Counted from the first letter of the stretch, positions 30,567 to 41,576 are shown. The stretch is 64,000 bases of DNA from an uncultured Actinomycetes bacterium (GCA_963755025.1 CAVWIH010000021.1:17784-81783); one strand, 5' to 3'. The notes: generated by a model not told the origin, from the letters alone. Translations and numbers: made by a program.

Positions 30567-31685
30567 ATGAGCGTCCGCCGAAGTCTGTGGTTCCTCGCCA
30601 TCGCGGGCTTGGCCGCGGCAAGCCTGGCGGCCTGCGGCTCCCACACGAGTGACCCAAGCGCCGTCCTCACCCCGGGGCCCACGCCGGCGGCGCGCCCTGG
30701 CGCCTTCGTCTGGGTCGTCGGCTATCCCACCCTCGTAATCGGCAGCGCGAACGGCGGCGCCACCTGGCAGGTACGTCACCGCCACGCGAGCGACGACATC
30801 GTGAGTGACAGCCTTTTCGCGGTCGCCTTCGGTGACGCGACCCACGGCTGGGCCGTGCGGCGCGCCGCTGGCAGCCTGGTGGCCACGGTGCTGACGACCT
30901 CGAACGCAGGCAGGACCTGGCGCTGGCAGTACCCGGCGCCGAAGCGTGGTGAGCTCCTGTCGGTGGCGGCGACCGACGCGACGCACGCCTGGGCAGCGGG
31001 CTACCAGGGCGACCTTCGCCGCAACGGCCTGATGATCGCGACCAGCGACGGCGGCAAGACCTGGACGCGGCAGCGCCTGCCCGCCGGCTTCGTGCCTCTC
31101 GGGGTTGCCTTCGCCGATGCGCTCCACGGCTGGGCCGTGGCCGACGAGGCCGACAACGACTTCAGCTCCAACGTCCGTTACTGCGTCCTCTCGACCACGG
31201 ACGGAGGCGCGCACTGGCGCATCAGTTACGCGAGCGGCTCGGGGGTCACCCTCAACGCCCTCACCGCGGTCGGGCCACGGCGCTGCTGGGCGGTCGGGTA
31301 CGCGGAGGGCCGGCATTGCGGGCTTGTGGTGCGCACTACCGACGGCGGCCTCCAGTGGAGCGTGCAGCGCCCGATCCTGCATCAGAACCTCAAGGCCGTC
31401 TCGTTCCCCGATGCCCGGAACGGCTGGGCGGTCGGCTCCGGCGGCACCGTCCTCGTGACCCACGACGGCGGCGCGAGCTGGTCGCCGCAGCGCTCCGGCG
31501 TGGGCATGCCGCTCAACGAAGTCTCGTTCAGCGACCCCCTGCACGGCTGGGCGCTCATCAGCGACAGGGCGCTCCTCGGCACGGTCAATGGCGGCGCGTC
31601 GTGGTCGGTGGTCCGGCCCATGGGCACCTGGAACCTGCTGCTCGGTCTCGCCACCGTCGACTCGCGGTCGGGCGCCCCTCAATGA
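30567..31685 (+). CDS. YCF48/BNR-repeat beta-propeller lipoprotein
   Basis: Lipobox LAAC, repeated T.DGG.TW Asp-boxes and F.D..HGWAV. Confidence 0.85.
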   Translation: MSVRRSLWFLAIAGLAAASLAACGSHTSDPSAVLTPGPTPAARPGAFVWVVGYPTLVIGSANGGATWQVRHRHASDDIVSDSLFAVAFGDATHGWAVRRAAGSLVATVLTTSNAGRTWRWQYPAPKRGELLSVAATDATHAWAAGYQGDLRRNGLMIATSDGGKTWTRQRLPAGFVPLGVAFADALHGWAVADEADNDFSSNVRYCVLSTTDGGAHWRISYASGSGVTLNALTAVGPRRCWAVGYAEGRHCGLVVRTTDGGLQWSVQRPILHQNLKAVSFPDARNGWAVGSGGTVLVTHDGGASWSPQRSGVGMPLNEVSFSDPLHGWALISDRALLGTVNGGASWSVVRPMGTWNLLLGLATVDSRSGAPQ

Positions 31686-32021
31686 GCCATCTGTCCGGCA
31701 AGCGGAACTGCTGCCGGAGGCCCGGCATCTTTGGTGAACATCGGCATCGTGCTCGTGTTTGCCGCCTTCTACTTGCGATTTCTCAAGGGCCGGTGAGCCG
31801 CATGCCCCGGCGACTCTCGTGACCGTGCCGGCATACGATCGGGGCTCCTGGGAGCAGCTCTGGTCGCAGACCCTGCGCGAGCACGCCGACCACGTCGCGC
31901 GCCGTCCACCCAACGCACAGCTCGTGACCGAGGCTGCCGACCTGCCGCCGGGCGGCGGACCAGGGGCGACCGACACACGCATCGACCCGATGCCCCACGG
32001 TCTTCGTAGCAAGCTGAGACC

Positions 32022-32603
32022 GTGAGCCGCCACCGGACAGGGGCAGTCGTCGCGCTTCTCGCGCTGCTGTGCGTCGCCGCGTTGTGCACGCTCGGCTGCG
32101 GCGGCGGCACGACCGCACCGAGCCGACCGACCGCCTCGACCGGCCCGAGCACGCCGGCCAGCGCGACCAGCACCACGTGGACGCCGGCCCCCAAGCTCGC
32201 GGCGACGGCCAGCGCGTTCAAGTGGGCCAGCTCAACAAGGTTGCGCGGCAGGCTGCAAGCCAAGACCTGGACGTACACCCGGTCGTTTGGGCTGCCCGGC
32301 GGACCGGCGCTCGTCGTGGGCGTCCTGACGGTCCCAGGCTCGAGGATGCCTCGTTTCACCGCCCGCCTCATGCCCGACCAGCACCCGGCTGGGTTCGCCG
32401 GTTACCTTGCGAGTGGTCGTGTCGTTTCCCCCCCTTCCTTCGTGATACATCTACCCAGCATGGGGTTCGACATGGGCGCCCTGATCGACTGGTTCCCGTA
32501 CGCTCTTCCGGCCGGCAGGTATCGGCTCATGATCCGCCGGGTCGGTGCGGCTCCGGCGCGCGGCACGTACGACGTCTCGATCGCGGGCGTCAGTAGTTCG
32601 TGA
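32022..32603 (+). CDS. Putative lipoprotein, unknown function
   Basis: Signal peptide with LGC lipobox and Thr/Pro-rich linker. Confidence 0.55.
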   Translation: MSRHRTGAVVALLALLCVAALCTLGCGGGTTAPSRPTASTGPSTPASATSTTWTPAPKLAATASAFKWASSTRLRGRLQAKTWTYTRSFGLPGGPALVVGVLTVPGSRMPRFTARLMPDQHPAGFAGYLASGRVVSPPSFVIHLPSMGFDMGALIDWFPYALPAGRYRLMIRRVGAAPARGTYDVSIAGVSSS

Positions 32604-32630
32604 CTCCGCCGCGCCCATGCTCGCTCCGCA

Positions 32631-32716
32631 GCTCGACCAGACCGGGCCGCAGCTACACGCTTATCGACAGAGAAGTCCGGGCATGGCTCGACGCCACGAC
32701 GCTGGCTCTGGTCAGC
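32631..32716 (+). other. attC-like remnant (L boxes with an extrahelical base)
   Basis: GCTCGACCAGA pairs with TCTGGTCAGC leaving one unpaired base; R boxes eroded. Confidence 0.3.
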
Positions 32717-32732
32717 CCAACGGAGGTGCGGA

Positions 32733-33137
32733 GTGTACTGTCCCAAGTGCCACGCTGAGTACATCGCCGGCTTCACGCGCTGCTCCGATTGCGACGTCCC
32801 CCTGGTCGACGAACTGCCGTCGCCGCCCGAGCGGACGCACCGGTCCGGCGCACACGATGCGCTTCACGCCGGTCGGCCACCGCGCGATGACCTCGATCTC
32901 GTCACCGTGCTGGCCTCGGGCGACCCCGGCCTGATGGCCGTCGCCAAGTCGCTCGTCCGCTCGGCCGGCATCCCGTTCCTGGTGCAGGGCGAGGGCGTGC
33001 AGGACCTGTTCGGCGTGGGCCGCATCGGCAGCGGCTTCAACGTCGTCACCGGCCCCGCCAGACTGCAGGTGGGAGCCGACGATGCCGACGACGCGCGCGA
33101 AGTCCTAGCCGACCTCATCGCCGGCCAGAACCGGTAG
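32733..33137 (+). CDS. Zinc-ribbon plus DUF2007-like protein
   Basis: YCPKC..EY..GF..CSDC.VPLV; AKSL..SAGIP; LQV..DDA..A. Confidence 0.75.
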   Translation: MYCPKCHAEYIAGFTRCSDCDVPLVDELPSPPERTHRSGAHDALHAGRPPRDDLDLVTVLASGDPGLMAVAKSLVRSAGIPFLVQGEGVQDLFGVGRIGSGFNVVTGPARLQVGADDADDAREVLADLIAGQNR

Positions 33138-33195
33138 CGCACCGTAGACGTGGGGCGTGCACCGAGCGCGCACCCTGCCCGAAGGGATCGGACCC

Positions 33196-33528
33196 ATGCC
33201 GTTGGTCGCCGTCTTCAATCTGCGCAGAGAAGACCGATTGTCGGACCTCGAGGGCGCCACCAGGCGCGCCCTGCTGAGCATGCCCGAGCTCGCCATCAAC
33301 GACTGGGAGATCGACGTGGTGCCGGTCGTCATGCCCGACGGCTTGGCCGGCGAGGTGACCAGGATCGACGTCGACCTCTGGGAACACCCTGAGCGCACCA
33401 AGGAAGCCCTGCAGGAGCTTGCCACGCGACTCGCCAGAGCCTTCCAGTCGGTAGCCGGCGACGACCGGAGGGTGAAGGTCGTGATCAGGCCCTATGACGT
33501 CGGGCGGAGCGGGTGGGTCTCGCTGTGA
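33196..33528 (+). CDS. Small hypothetical protein (tautomerase-like fold possible)
   Basis: Pro at position 2 (MPLV), ERT.E..QELA helix. Confidence 0.55.
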   Translation: MPLVAVFNLRREDRLSDLEGATRRALLSMPELAINDWEIDVVPVVMPDGLAGEVTRIDVDLWEHPERTKEALQELATRLARAFQSVAGDDRRVKVVIRPYDVGRSGWVSL

Positions 33529-33701
33529 CGACGGAAGCGCCCGCCCCAGGGAGAGTCCTGATGCGTGTGCGGTTGACCGCCCACGGCTCAGCGGACTCGC
33601 TGTGAGTCGCCTCCACGGCGACGCTGGGCAGGCGATCGGGTAACTGACTGGACAGAGGGGCAGCGACCGCTGTGCCCGCGATACGACAAAGGAACCAGGT
33701 C

Positions 33702-34190
33702 ATGGCTCAGCTCCGCGTGGCAAGTTTCTCGCTATCGATCGACGGCTTCGGCGCGGGACCCGATCAGGACCTTGAGAATCCCATGGGCAGCGGCGGGATG
33801 GCCCTGCACGAGTGGGTCTTGCAGACCCGCACGTTTCAGCGCATGTCTGGAAAGGACGGCGGCACGACCGGCACCGACGACGACTTCGCCGTGCGCGGCT
33901 TTCGCAACATCGGCGCCTGGATACTGGGTCGCAACATGTTCGGGCCCATCCGCGGGCCCTGGCCGAACGAGGACTGGTGCGGCTGGTGGGGCGACGAGCC
34001 GCCATACCACACGCCGGTCTTCGTGCTCACCCACCACCCGCGCCAGCCGCTCGTGATGGACGGCGGCACGACGTTCCACTTCGTGACGGACGGCATTCTC
34101 GACGCCTTGGAGCGTGCCAGAGGCGCCTTGGGGCTTTGCGGCTGCACCTGCGTGTCGGTGCCTTTCGCTACCCATACCCGCTCGAGGTGA
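33702..34190 (+). pseudogene. Dihydrofolate reductase/RibD C-terminal family, 3' truncated
   Basis: SLSIDGF, ILGRNMF, GWWGDEPPYHTPVFVLTH; similarity stops near 34125 before the usual GGA motif. Confidence 0.7.
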
Positions 34191-34226
34191 CGGGGAGCCG
34201 TTTGCCTGGGCTGCCGGGGCGCCCGT

Positions 34227-34700
34227 CTACCCGGCGAGCAGTCCGCGCACGCGCGCCGCGGTGGCCTGCTGTACTGCCTCGGGCAGCGGCGGGAACTCCG
34301 CGCTCACGAACTCCGTGAGGCCGCTCGCCAGGCGGCGCTCAACGAGCGGCCCGCGGACCATGTGGTCGTTCAGGGCGTCGCCGGCGGAGTGCGGCGCGAG
34401 GTGCAGGTGCAGGTGCGCGACGCCGCCGCCAAAGACGTAGACGTAGACAAGCTCGGCGCCCGTCGCCTCTTTGAGCGCTCCGGTGACCCTGGCGAGCACG
34501 GCGCCGAACGAGGCGGCCTCGGGTCCGTCGAGATCGTCGATGTGGGGAATGTGACGGCGCGGCTCGAGGTAGCAGAAGCCGGCCACTTCGGCGACGAGCG
34601 CGGCGGTCAGGCGCCACAGCTCGTCGCGCCAGACCTCGACGCGCAGCAGCTCGGGATCGGCCGCCTCGGCCCGGCAGAGCACGCAGCTCTCAAGCGCCAT
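34227..34700 (-). CDS. HIT-family protein
   Basis: N-terminal CVLC and HLHLH triad. Confidence 0.8.
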   Translation of the reverse strand: MALESCVLCRAEAADPELLRVEVWRDELWRLTAALVAEVAGFCYLEPRRHIPHIDDLDGPEAASFGAVLARVTGALKEATGAELVYVYVFGGGVAHLHLHLAPHSAGDALNDHMVRGPLVERRLASGLTEFVSAEFPPLPEAVQQATAARVRGLLAG

Positions 34701-35193
34701 CGGCTCGCTCGGGCTCAGGGTTCAGTCGCCAGATGCCGGCGTTCAGGTAGGTCGCGACGCTCACCCAGCCCAGGTAGGGCACGAGCAGGGCGCCGGCCAG
34801 CGGCCTGACCGCCCAGAAGGCGACGATGGTGATCAGGATGGTGAGCCACAGCCCGACGACCTCGATGAGCGCCGCGCCCAGGCGGTGCTGGCCGAAGAAG
34901 ATGAGCGACCAGGCGAAGTTGAGTGCCAGCTGCGCCGCGAACAGCCCCAGCGCCAGGGCGGTGAGCCGCGAGAGTCCCTCGCGCCACACGAGCCAGGCGG
35001 CCACGCCCATGAGCAGGTACAGCGTGGTCCACACCGGACCGAAAGCCGCCGGCGGCGGCGTGTAGGGAGGCTTGCGCAGCCGCTTGTAGTAGTCGACGAA
35101 GTCGCCGCCCGCGGCGAGCGCGCTCAGGCCGCCGATCGCCTCGGCGCCGGCGACCGCCACCAGGACCCCGACGATGTCTTTGGAGGCGCGCAT
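34690..35193 (-). CDS. tspO: TspO/MBR tryptophan-rich sensory protein
   Basis: Y..LRKPP.TPP..AFGPVWT.LY, LNFAWS.IFFG, PYLGW..A.YLN. Confidence 0.92.
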   Translation of the reverse strand: MRASKDIVGVLVAVAGAEAIGGLSALAAGGDFVDYYKRLRKPPYTPPPAAFGPVWTTLYLLMGVAAWLVWREGLSRLTALALGLFAAQLALNFAWSLIFFGQHRLGAALIEVVGLWLTILITIVAFWAVRPLAGALLVPYLGWVSVATYLNAGIWRLNPEPERADGA

Positions 35194-35420
35194 GGTAAGG
35201 CACTATGCCCTTCGCAAGGCGCGCTTAGTCCCCGGCGGCTGCGCGCCTAGCGCGTCGATCGGCTTCGTGGTCGCCGCTCAGGCGTGCGTCACTTCGTCGC
35301 GCGCCTGGTCCCCGCCGGCCGCGCGGGGCTGGGCACCCCGCGCGGCGCGAGCGGAGCCTCTGGCGCCGTCGGCCGGGGCGGCGCCGCGATGCTCGCCGAC
35401 GACATTGCCGCGACCGACGG

Positions 35421-37020
35421 CTAGACCTCGCAGGTCCCCAGCACTTCGTCGCAGGGCTGCTCGCGACCCTTGCGGACGGCGGAGCTCAGGCGCCAGCGTC
35501 CGGTCCAGGTCGTGACCAGGGCGACGACAAAGCCGAAGAGGACGATCGCGGCGGCCACGCGAAAGGCGGTCGAGAACCCCGCCGTGAAGGCCTGGTCGAC
35601 CACCCTGGTCGAGGCGCGCGCGACCGAGCCCGACGACGCCGCGGCGCCGACCCTCGCTCCACTCGTGGCGAGCTGGTTCGTGACGCTGTGCGCCACGGAG
35701 CTCCAGGCGATCGTGCCGATCGCGGCCAGGCCGATCGCGCCCCCTACCTGCTGCCCGATGTTGATGCCGCTCGAGGCGACCCCGGCCTCCTGCGGCGGCA
35801 CCCGCGAGACCACGGTCAGGGTGAGGGGCACCAGCATGCAGCCCATGCCGCCGCTGACCATCAGCATGCCCGGCAGCAGGTTCGGCCAGTAGTGACCGTC
35901 GGCGCTGAGCCCCGACAGCCACAAAAAGCCGAGGCCGGCGAGCAGCGGCCCGAACATGAGCAGCGGTCGCACGCCGATGCGTCCGACCAGCACCCTGGCC
36001 ACCAGCGTGCTCACGACGATGATCGTCAGAGGGAACGGCACCCAGGCGAGCGCCGGTGCGCACCGGGCTGTAGCCGTACACCGTCTGGATGTAGATGGTG
36101 AGAAAGAAGAACACCGAGAAGACGCCCGTGTACAGCAGCAGCATCATGAGGTAGGCGCCCGAGCGCCGGCGCGAGCCTAGCAGGTGCAGTGGCAGCTCCG
36201 GCTGTCTTGTGCGACGTTCGATCGCCACGAAGGTGACGAGCAGGACCGCGGACGCCACCAGCGCTCCGATCGTGACCGGGCTTCCCCAGTGCGACACGCC
36301 GTTGGCGCCGGCGGCCGCGTGCGTGAGACCGTAGACGAGAAAGGCGAGACCCGCGCTGCTGGTCACGACGCCGGGCACGTCGAGATGCAGCCGCGAGCGC
36401 GCGGTCGGCACCAGGGCGATCGGGGCGAGCGCGACCACGGCGATGCCGATGGGCACGTTCACGAAGAACACCCAGCGCCACGACGCGTAGGTCGTGAGCA
36501 CGCCGCCGAGCAGCAGGCCGATAGCACCGCCGGCGCCGCTCATGGCGGCGTAGACGCCGAACGCCCGGTTGCGCGGCGGCCCCGCCGGGAACGTGGTGGC
36601 GATCAGGGCGAGCGCCGTGGGCGCGGCGAGCGCGCCGCCCGCGCCCTGCACGGCGCGCGCCGCGAGTATCCACCACTCGCTGGTCGCGAGGCCGCCGGCG
36701 AACGATCCCAGAGAGAACACGAGGACGCCGGCCATGAACACGCGGCGGCGGCCGTAGATGTCGCCGAGCCGTCCGCCCAGCAGCAGCAGGCTGCCGAAGG
36801 CGAGCGAGTACGCCGTGACCACCCACTCGAGGCCGGCCCCGCTGAAGCCGAGCGCCCGCTGCACGTGCGGCAGGGCGACGTTCACGATGGTGGCGTCCAG
36901 CACGATCATGAGCTGGGCGGCGGCGATCACGACCAGCGCGAGGCTGAGGCGCGTCGGCACGCGCGCCTGGGGCGCCGGACGTTGCGTGGGAAGGGGGGAC
37001 TGGGCTTCGGCTCGGGCCAT
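35421..37020 (-). CDS. DHA2 MFS efflux transporter, frameshift near 36050
   Basis: LDATIVNVALP, GDIYGRR, WRWVFFVNVPIG; C-terminus in ORF 35421..36041. Confidence 0.88.
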
Positions 37021-37154
37021 GAGATGGGTCTCCTGGGTCTACGAGTCTCGCGGACCTGGGCCGCCGCAATGGCGGACCGCCGTCCGCGAGAACGGAAGGG
37101 ACTTGCGGGTATCCGAGACAGGTACCCGAGCGGCTCCGGCCAAAACCCGCGGTG

Positions 37155-37194
37155 AATAAACAGAGAGGGGCGGGGCCTACTGGCCCCGCCCCTC
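37155..37194 (-). terminator. Intrinsic terminator-like hairpin upstream of the MFS gene
   Basis: Perfect 13-bp stem (37165-77 with 37182-94) followed on the minus strand by TCTGTTTATT. Confidence 0.6.
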
Positions 37195-37313
37195 GTCGCT
37201 TCCTGGTCTAGCGGTGAATACGCGCCCTCAGTATACCCCGCCCGGGGTGAGGGCTTCGCGGCCCACACCGATCCTCACGCGCGTCTCCCTGTACTCCGTC
37301 TTCCCGTACTCCT

Positions 37314-40300
37314 TCACGCGTGGGTCTCGCGGCCCTGCAGGTAGTCGACCATGGGGCCGGTCACGAGCGGCACGACGTCGCCGATCATGTGCGGCATGAG
37401 GTTGTCCATGATGCCGGGCATCATGCCGGGCATCTGCTCGGCCATGTAGTCGGGCATGGGCACGCGCTCGGCGATGCGCTCGAGCATGGTGTCCATGACC
37501 TTGGGCATCATGAGCGGCAGCAGCCGAGGGAACAGCACCGGGAACATCGGTTTCATCAGGTCGAGGGCGCCCGGGACCTTGCCCATCGCCTTCATCATCG
37601 GCCCCATGCCGAAGGGCATGGCGTCGATCAGCTCGGGCCACATGCTGCCCATCAGCTCGGCGAAGCCCTGCGGGGTCATGAGGGCGATCATCGCCTCGAA
37701 CACGGCCCACTGCTTCTGCACCTCGGGGTTGGGGTCGGGCAGCTCGTAGCCCAGCGCGGCGGCGCTGAAGTGGGCCAGGTCGACGACGTCGATGTCGATG
37801 CCCTTGGCCTGGGCGCTCACGCGCAGCTGGAACTGGCAGCAGGGGCAGAGCGCGAGGATCGTCTCGGCGCCCACCTCCTGAGCTTCGCGCAGCCTGACCT
37901 CGCCGATGTCGGCGGCGGCGGCCGGGTCTTTGAGCAGGGTGAGCACGCTGCCGCAGCAATGCGCCTCTTCGCGGTTGAAGGGCAGCTCTACGAAGTCGGC
38001 GCTGGGGTTGGCTTTGATCAGCTCGCGAGGCGGCTCGTAGACCCCCGACGCCCGTCCGATGTGACAGGAGTCGTGCCAGGTGACCCGCGTCTTGTGCGGC
38101 GCGTCGTGGGCGGCGTCGGCGGGCGAGGCTGAGCCGGGCGCTCCGGCGGCCGCGGCCGCACCGGCCCCGTCGCCTGCGGCCGGCTTGCCGCTCTTCTTGC
38201 CGCTCAGCTTGCCGCTCGCATCACGCCGCGGCGGCGTCGCGGGAAAGGCGAACTCGCCGCTGGCCAGCTTGTCGGCGACGAGCTCGGAGTAGTGCCTGAC
38301 CGCGATCGGGTAGTCGACGCCGAGCTTGGCGGCCCACTCCGGGTAGACCGTGCGCCACATCATGTCGCAGGCCGGGCAGCTCGTCGTGACGGTCGTGGCT
38401 CCGGCGGCCACCACGGCGGCGATGTTGCTGCGCATGACGCTCTCGAACTGCTGCCACTTGCCGGCGACCAGCATGGGCGTGGCGCAGCAAAGCTCCTTCT
38501 CGCCCAGGTAGGTGAAGTCGACGCCGGCCTCGTCGAGCAGGCGCACCGTGCCTATGCCGATGTCGCGCTCCACGAAGCTCGCCGTGCAACCGGCGAAGTA
38601 CACCGTGTCGGCGGCGTGCTGCGGGCCGTGCTTCTCCCAGAGGTCCTCGGGAAACCAGTCGGCGCGGTTCTTGCGGTAGCCCGCCCAGATGTCGCCCTGG
38701 TCGCGCAGCGCGGCGCTCATCATCTCGAAGGGCGGCAGGGTCATGCGCTTGTCGTCTTCGATCAACCGGCCGCGCAGCTTCATCCAGCTGGGCTCGATGG
38801 GCAGCACGGCCGAGCAGCGCGTGTCGCAGATCTCGCAGGTGGTGCAGGTGATGAAGGTGTCGACCATCTCCTGGCTCCAGGCTTCGCGGCCCTCGATGAA
38901 CTCGCGCAGCCAGAACCACTTGCCGCGCGGGCTCTGGCTCTCCCAGCCGCGCCCGTAGAACTGGTCGCACTGGTCGATGCAGTAGCCGCACTGCGAGCAC
39001 GAGTAGGCGTAGAGCGCCACGTCGGCCGGGATGCCGCGCACCGACGCCGCGGGGTCGGGCTTGGCGACCGCCTTGGCGATGACGCGGTTGCCGAGCGGCC
39101 TGATGAGCGGCTCGAAGGCGGAGGCAAGCGAGAGCGCCTTGCCCAGCGCGCCGCTGCCGATCACCTTGCCGGGGTTGAGCACGCCGCGCGGGTCGACCTC
39201 GCGTTTGAAGTCGCGCAGGGCCTTCACGCGATGGGCGCCGAGGATCTCGTCGGCGCGGCTCGAGAAGTACATGCCGGTCGAGTAGGGCCGGCCGCCATGC
39301 GCCCTGGCGATGTCCATGATGGTGAGCACGAGGCCGAAGACGAAGTTGTAGTCGAAGCGGCGCTGGTCGGAGGGGATGAAACCGAGGATGATCGCTTCGG
39401 GGCGCCCGTGGGCGCCGTGCCTGACGATCACGCCCTCTTTGACCACCGGCTGGTCGACCTTGTGCTCGATCTCCTCCATGACGGCGCCAAGCTCGGCGAG
39501 CGGCACGACGACCTCTGAGGGCACGAGCGACGGCCCCAGGCGCTTGACGATCATGAGCTGGAAGCGGTGCTCCCACTCGTGGTCGGCGATGCGCTGCGGC
39601 AGGATCTCGGCCTGCATGGGCGCCACCAGCCCGGGCAGCGCGGCGGCCACGGCGGCCTGGTCGGCGGCCCGGCAGGCAAGCGTGAGGATGTAGGCGGCCG
39701 GCAGCAGCACGCGCTCCTCGGCGGGGTGGCCGTTGTGCTCGCGCAGCGGCGCGCGGTTCTTCATCTCGGCCATGCGCGGGTTGATGTAGACCATCGACCA
39801 GATCGGCAGGTCGGCGGCGATGATGGCGTCGATCAAGGCCTGCAGGTCGCGGGCGTCGGCGCAGGCGACGGCGGTGACGGCGTCGGCCTCGAGCGGGCGC
39901 ACGCGCAACGTGACCTGACTGAGGATGCCGGTGGTGCCCTCGGCGTCGGCGACCAGGGCGACGTCGGCGACCGGAGAGCTCGCGCACGTTGCCGCCGGGC
40001 AGCACGACGCGCACCGAGACGACGTTGTCGGCGAACCAGCCGTACTCGTACGAGCCGATGCCGGCGCCGCCCTGGGCGAGCCAGCCGCCGACGCTACGAC
40101 GAGGGGTAGCTCGTGGGGTAGAGGCGCAGCGTCAGGCCGTGCCCGGCGAGCTCGCGGTCGAGCTGCTCCCAGGTGATGCCCGGCTCGACGGTCACGGTCA
40201 GCGCGTCGCGGTCGATGGCCGTCACGTCGCGCATGCGGTAGAGGTCGACGACCAGGCCCTTCTTCACCGGGATGGCGCCACCGTAGCCCGACGAGCCCTT

Positions 40301-40537
40301 GCCGCGCGGCGTGAGCGGCACGCCCCGGCCGCTCGCCCAGCGTACGAGCTCGACGAGCTGCTCCTCGCTCGTGGGCTGCACGACCGCGTCCGGCGTCGTG
40401 TCGCCGACCAGCGGGCGCACGAGGCTCGGCATGGCGGCGATGTCGTGGCCGTAGAGCCGGCGCTCGCGACGGTCGAAGGTGACGTGCCGACCGAGCAGGT
40501 TCTTCAGGCGGTCCCTGTCTGCCGTCGAGAGGGGCAT
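37314..40537 (-). CDS. FAD-binding oxidoreductase fused to 4Fe-4S and CCG domains (GlcD/GlcF-type), frameshifted
   Basis: PRGKGSSGYGG, AEGTTG, LNPGK, CSQCGYC and CTTCEIC ferredoxin motifs, ELCC and AHCCG CCG domains; Met-rich C-terminus. Confidence 0.88.
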
Positions 40538-40562
40538 GGCGACTCCTTTCAGCCGTGGAGAG

Positions 40563-40895
40563 CTACGAAAGGCCGCTCGCAAGCGCAGCCTGCTGCGCGA
40601 GCGCGCTCATGAGCACGGCGCGCAGCGTGTCGAGGGCGTCGATCACACGCGGGTCGGCCAGCGCGTAGAGCACGCTGGCGCCGTCGCGCTGTGTGGTGAC
40701 CAGGTGGCGCTCGCGCAACACCTTGAGGTGCCGCGAGACGGTCGACTGCGGCGCGTCGAGCAGCTCGGCCAGGCCGCCTACGTGGCGCGGCGCCTCGGCC
40801 AGCGCGTAGAGGATGAGGAGGCGCGTGGGGTCGGCGAGCGCCTGGCAGAGGTTGGCGTGCAGCAGCGTGACTTCGTGTCTGAGTTGTTCGTCCAC
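40563..40895 (-). CDS. ArsR/SmtB-family regulator
   Basis: ALADPTRL.IL, QSTVSRHLKVLR. Confidence 0.88.
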   Translation of the reverse strand: MDEQLRHEVTLLHANLCQALADPTRLLILYALAEAPRHVGGLAELLDAPQSTVSRHLKVLRERHLVTTQRDGASVLYALADPRVIDALDTLRAVLMSALAQQAALASGLS

Positions 40896-41080
40896 GTCTG
40901 CTCCTTGATGACATGCGGACATACGATCGGGCGGATATGCCGGACTGTAGCACGCTGCGCCGAAAGTCCGCCAACGTTCGGCAACCGCGCGGCAGTCAGG
41001 CCACACGGCCGAAACGTTGCCCTCGACGCTCTTGTGCCGTCACGATAGGGGCCACTCAGGAAGCGCCAAGGAGGCGGCCG

Positions 41081-41554
41081 ATGGACGAGGACGAACTGGC
41101 TCGCGTGCTCGATACGCTGGCGGCGCTCGGCGAGCACGAGCGCGCCCTGGCCGGGCTGTACGCCGCCTGCGGCGCTGTGTGGAGCGGCGACGTCGGCCTG
41201 TGGGCCGACCTCGCCGCCTCGGAGCGCGGGCACGCCGCCTGCCTCGCCACGATGGCCGACATGGTGAGCGGCCGCCCTGCCGCGTTTTCGCCGGGACGAC
41301 CGTTCACCGCCGCGGCCGGGCGGCTGCAGGTCGCCTACGTCGAGGGCCGCACTCGCGCGGTCGAAGCCGGCGGCATGGCGCGCCGTACGGCGTTGCTCAT
41401 GGCGCGCGAGATCGAACGATCGATCATCGAGACCCGGCTCGACGAGCTCCTCGAGACCGACGATCCCGATTATCTCACCGTGGCCGACAAGGTCGTGGCC
41501 GAGACCGGCGCGCACTACCGCCTGCTCGAGCACGAGCTTCAGGGCGACCGGTGA
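41081..41554 (+). CDS. Ferritin/rubrerythrin-like four-helix protein
   Basis: E....Y, SERGH, IE and ETGAH spacing; AGGAGG RBS. Confidence 0.6.
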   Translation: MDEDELARVLDTLAALGEHERALAGLYAACGAVWSGDVGLWADLAASERGHAACLATMADMVSGRPAAFSPGRPFTAAAGRLQVAYVEGRTRAVEAGGMARRTALLMAREIERSIIETRLDELLETDDPDYLTVADKVVAETGAHYRLLEHELQGDR

Positions 41555-41576
41555 CCGACAAGGGGGGTCACGACTC

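Noticed and set aside
34125-34215. c-di-GMP-I riboswitch-like words (GGCAAAC...GCAAAGCC) on the minus strand
   Set aside because: Spacing is too long, the second stem is missing, and no minus-strand gene lies directly downstream.
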